NCBI RefSeq assembly: GCF_001457615.1
Contig: NZ_LN831024.1
Location: 5,160,001 to 5,192,000, forward strand
Length of the DNA: 32,000 nucleotides
Direction: 5' to 3'
From: Pseudomonas aeruginosa
Lineage (GTDB): Bacteria > Pseudomonadota > Gammaproteobacteria > Pseudomonadales > Pseudomonadaceae
Shown one piece after another: positions 29,070 to 32,000 of this stretch; the first letter of the stretch is position 1; each line of letters opens with the position of its first letter. Both the position numbers and the translations under genes were made by a program. A model generated the notes under the pieces. The model saw nothing but the letters and a program-made list of their open reading frames with translations, searched no databases and was not told where the DNA came from.

Positions 29070-32000
29070 TCACTCCCCGGCCGAAGCGGCCTGTTCGATG
29101 GGTGCCGGCTTGCTGCGCAGCAGCGACAGCAGCCAGACGAAACAGATAGGTACGAACAGCACGCCGAGGAAGGTGGCGCTGAGCATCCCGCCGATCACTC
29201 CGGTGCCGATGGCACGCTGGCTCGCCGCGCCGGCACCGCTGGCCAGGGCCAGGGGTATCACGCCGAGGATGAACGCCATGGAAGTCATGATGATCGGCCG
29301 GAAGCGCAGGCGCGCGGCCTCGATGGCGGCGTCGCGCAGGCTATGCCCCTGCTCCCAGAGTTCCTTGGCGAACTCGACGATGAGAATCGCGTTCTTCGCC
29401 GAAAGACCGATGATGGTGATCAGGCCGACCTTGAAATACACGTCGTTGGACATACCGCTGACCATCACCGCGAGCACCGCGCCGATGGCGCCGATCGGCA
29501 CGATCAGCATCACCGACAGCGGGATCGACCAGCTCTCGTAGAGCGCCACCAGCAACAGGAACACCACCAGGATGGCGAGGGCGAACAGGCTGGTGGCCTG
29601 CCCGGCGGAGACCTTCTCCTGATAGGACAGGCCGGTCCACTCGTAGCCGATGCCGGCCGGCAGCTGCGCGGCCAGGCGCTCCATTTCCGCCATGGCTTCG
29701 CCGGTACTGAAGCCGGGCGCGGCGTCACCGACGATGCGGATCGACGGGTAGCCGTTATAGCGCACCAATTGCACCGGTCCCTCTTCCCATTTCACGCTGA
29801 CGAAGGCGCTGAGCGGTACCAGGTTGCCAGCAGCGTTAGGCACGTATAGCTCGAGCACGCTTTCCGGGGTCATCCGGTTGCCCTGTTCGGCCTGGATCAC
29901 CACCCGCTGTTGGCGCCCCGCATTGGTGAAGTCGTTGATCACCTCCGAGCCGAAGGCAGCGGACAGCGTGCCGCTGATGGTCTCGAAGCTCACCCCCAGG
30001 GCGCGGGCCTTCTCCCGGTCGATCAACAGGCGCAGTTGCGGCGCTTCGGCCAGTCCTTCCATCATCGCGTAAAGGAATTTCGGGTTGGTCTGGATCTCGC
30101 CAAGAAGAGTATCGCGAGCCTGCAGCAGCGCTTCGCGGCCGACCCCGCTACGGTCCATCAGGCGCAATGCGAAGCCGCCGGAGTTACCCAGACCGTTGAT
30201 CGGTGGCGGCGACACGGCCATGACCGTGCCATCGTCGGGCAGCGCGAAATGCTCGTTCAGCGCGGCGATCTCGGCGGCGGCCGACTGCTCGGCGCCTCGC
30301 TCGGACCAGTCCTTGAAGGTCGGGAAGGCCAGCGCGGCATTGTCGCCCTGGCCGGAGAAGCTGAAGCCCGAGATCAGGAACACCGAAGCCACCGCCTCGC
30401 GGGACTTGAGGAAGCGCTCGAGCTCCTCGCCGGTGGCATCGGTGCGCACGCGCGAAGCGCCAGGCGGCAGTTGCACGTCGACCACCATGTAGCCGAGGTC
30501 TTCCGCCGGCACGAAGGCTTCCGGCAGGCGCAGGTAGAAGTAGCCGAGCATGGCCACCAGGCCGGCGTACACCAGCATGAAGCGTCCGGCGCGCGCCACC
30601 AGCTTCGAGTTGAGCAGCGAATAGCGCTCGGTGACGCGGGCGAAGCCACGGTTGAAGGCGCCGAAGAAGCCGCGCTTCTCGTGGTGCCCTTCGGGAATGG
30701 GCTTGAGCAGCGTGGCGCACAGCGCCGGGGTGAAGGTCAGGGCGAGGAAGCCGGAGAACAGGATCGAGACCGCCAGCGACACCGAGAACTGCTGGTAGAT
30801 CACCCCCACCGAACCGGCCATGAAAGCCAGCGGCAGGAACACCGCCGAGAGCACCAGGGTGATGCCGACGATGGCGCCGGACACCTGCTTCATCGCCTTG
30901 ACCGTGGCCTCGGCCGGGGAAATCCCCTCCTCCGCCATGATCCGCTCGACGTTCTCCACCACCACGATGGCGTCGTCCACCAGGATGCCGATCGCCAGGA
31001 CCATGCCGAACATGGTCATCATGTTCACCGAGAACCCCAGCAGGTACATCACCATCAGCGTACCCAGCAGGCACACCGGCACCACGATGGACGGGATCAG
31101 GGTGTAGCGGACGTTCTGCAGGAACAGGAACATCACCAGGAACACCAGGACCATCGCTTCGATCAGGGTGTGGATCACCTTCTCGATGGCCACGTCGACG
31201 AAGCGCGAGGTGTCGTAGGGCACGCTGTACTGCATGTCCTCGGGGAAGAACGCCGACAGTTCGGCGAGACGCTGTTTCACCAGGGTAGCGGTCTGGATCG
31301 CGTTGGCCCGGGCGACAGCTGGATCGCCCCGCCCACGGTAGGCGTGCCGTTCAGTCGCGAGGAAATGTTGTAGCTCTCCTTGCCGAGTTCCAGGCGCGCG
31401 ACATCGGCGAGCCGGACCAGCGAGCCGTCCTGGTTGGCGCGCAGCACTACCTGGCCGAACTCCTGCGGATCGTCCAGGGTGCCCTTCACCGCCAGGGTCG
31501 CCGTCAGCTCCTGCGCGGAACTGCCCGGTGCGCTGCCGAAGGCGCCGGCCGGCACCTGCACGTTCTGCCCGCGGATGGCATTGCTCACGTCGTCGATGGA
31601 GAGGCCGAAGCCCACCAGCTTCTGCGGATCGATCCAGACCCGCATGGCCGCCTCGGAAGAGAAGAATTGCAGCTTGCCGACGCCCGGCAGGCGCCGCAGC
31701 TCGTTGTTGATATTGCGCGCGGCGTAGTCGCCGAGGGCGGTGGTGTCGCTGCGCTGAGCGCCTTCCTTGTAGCTGAGCGCATAGATCAGCAGGAAACCGG
31801 CGCTGGTCTGCTCGACCTGCAGGCCCTGGGTCAGCACCGCCTGCGGCATGCGCGCCTCGGCTTTCTTCAGGCGGTTCTGCACGTCCACCTGGGCCAGGTC
31901 CGGATCGGTGCCCGGCTCGAAGGTGACGACGATCTCGGCGGTGCCGTTGGAGTTGTTGGTCGACTCGAAGTAGAGCAGGCCCTTGGCGCCGTTCAGCGAC
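29070..32000 (-). pseudogene. mexD: mexD RND transporter gene, interrupted by an apparent -1 frameshift and truncated by the window edge
   Basis: ORFs 29070..31280 and 31277..31888 are consecutive parts of MexD in different frames. The upstream frame continues to 32000 (SLNGAKGLLYFESTNNSNGTAEIVVTFEPGTDPDLAQ). The upstream frame ends in IQLSPGPTRSRPLPW* where continuous MexD would read IQLSPGANAIQTATLVKQRLAEL. Confidence 0.88.

Noticed and set aside
27133-31373. Large plus-strand ORFs 27133..28878 and 29910..31373
   Set aside because: The coding signal is oprJ and mexD on the minus strand; the plus-strand frames lack domains. The start of 27133..28878 also overlaps esrC in another frame.

Overview
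This 32 kb window is GC-rich Pseudomonas chromosome. It matches P. aeruginosa gene content and order, roughly the PA4574-PA4598 interval (locus numbers recalled, not looked up). On the minus strand at the left are a UPF0114 membrane protein, a small hypothetical, a Lon-like ATP-dependent protease and a DksA/TraR-type zinc-finger protein. Next come a DUF3015-like protein and a DUF4105-like protein on the plus strand, then a NADAR/YbiA-like protein on the minus strand. The centre is an RNA-repair locus: divergent rtcR, then slipin/SPFH - rtcB - RlaP-like nucleotidyltransferase - rtcA. Further right are a small lipoprotein, ccpR, gdhA, a FadL-family porin, pra, a four-gene tripartite ABC efflux operon, ettA, esrC, oprJ and partial mexD. 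The most interesting part is the ~480-nt leader of the RNA-repair operon (about 8937-9417). It lies between a sigma-54-type promoter and the slipin start codon. It carries a nearly complete tRNA cloverleaf (9073-9146) with no encoded CCA, a G1-G72 mismatch and C33 instead of U33. Three GGCAA copies can compete for one TTGCC at its 3' edge, and a separate long-stem RNA domain lies upstream. A second notable point is that mexD is split by an apparent 1-nt deletion near 31307-31309.
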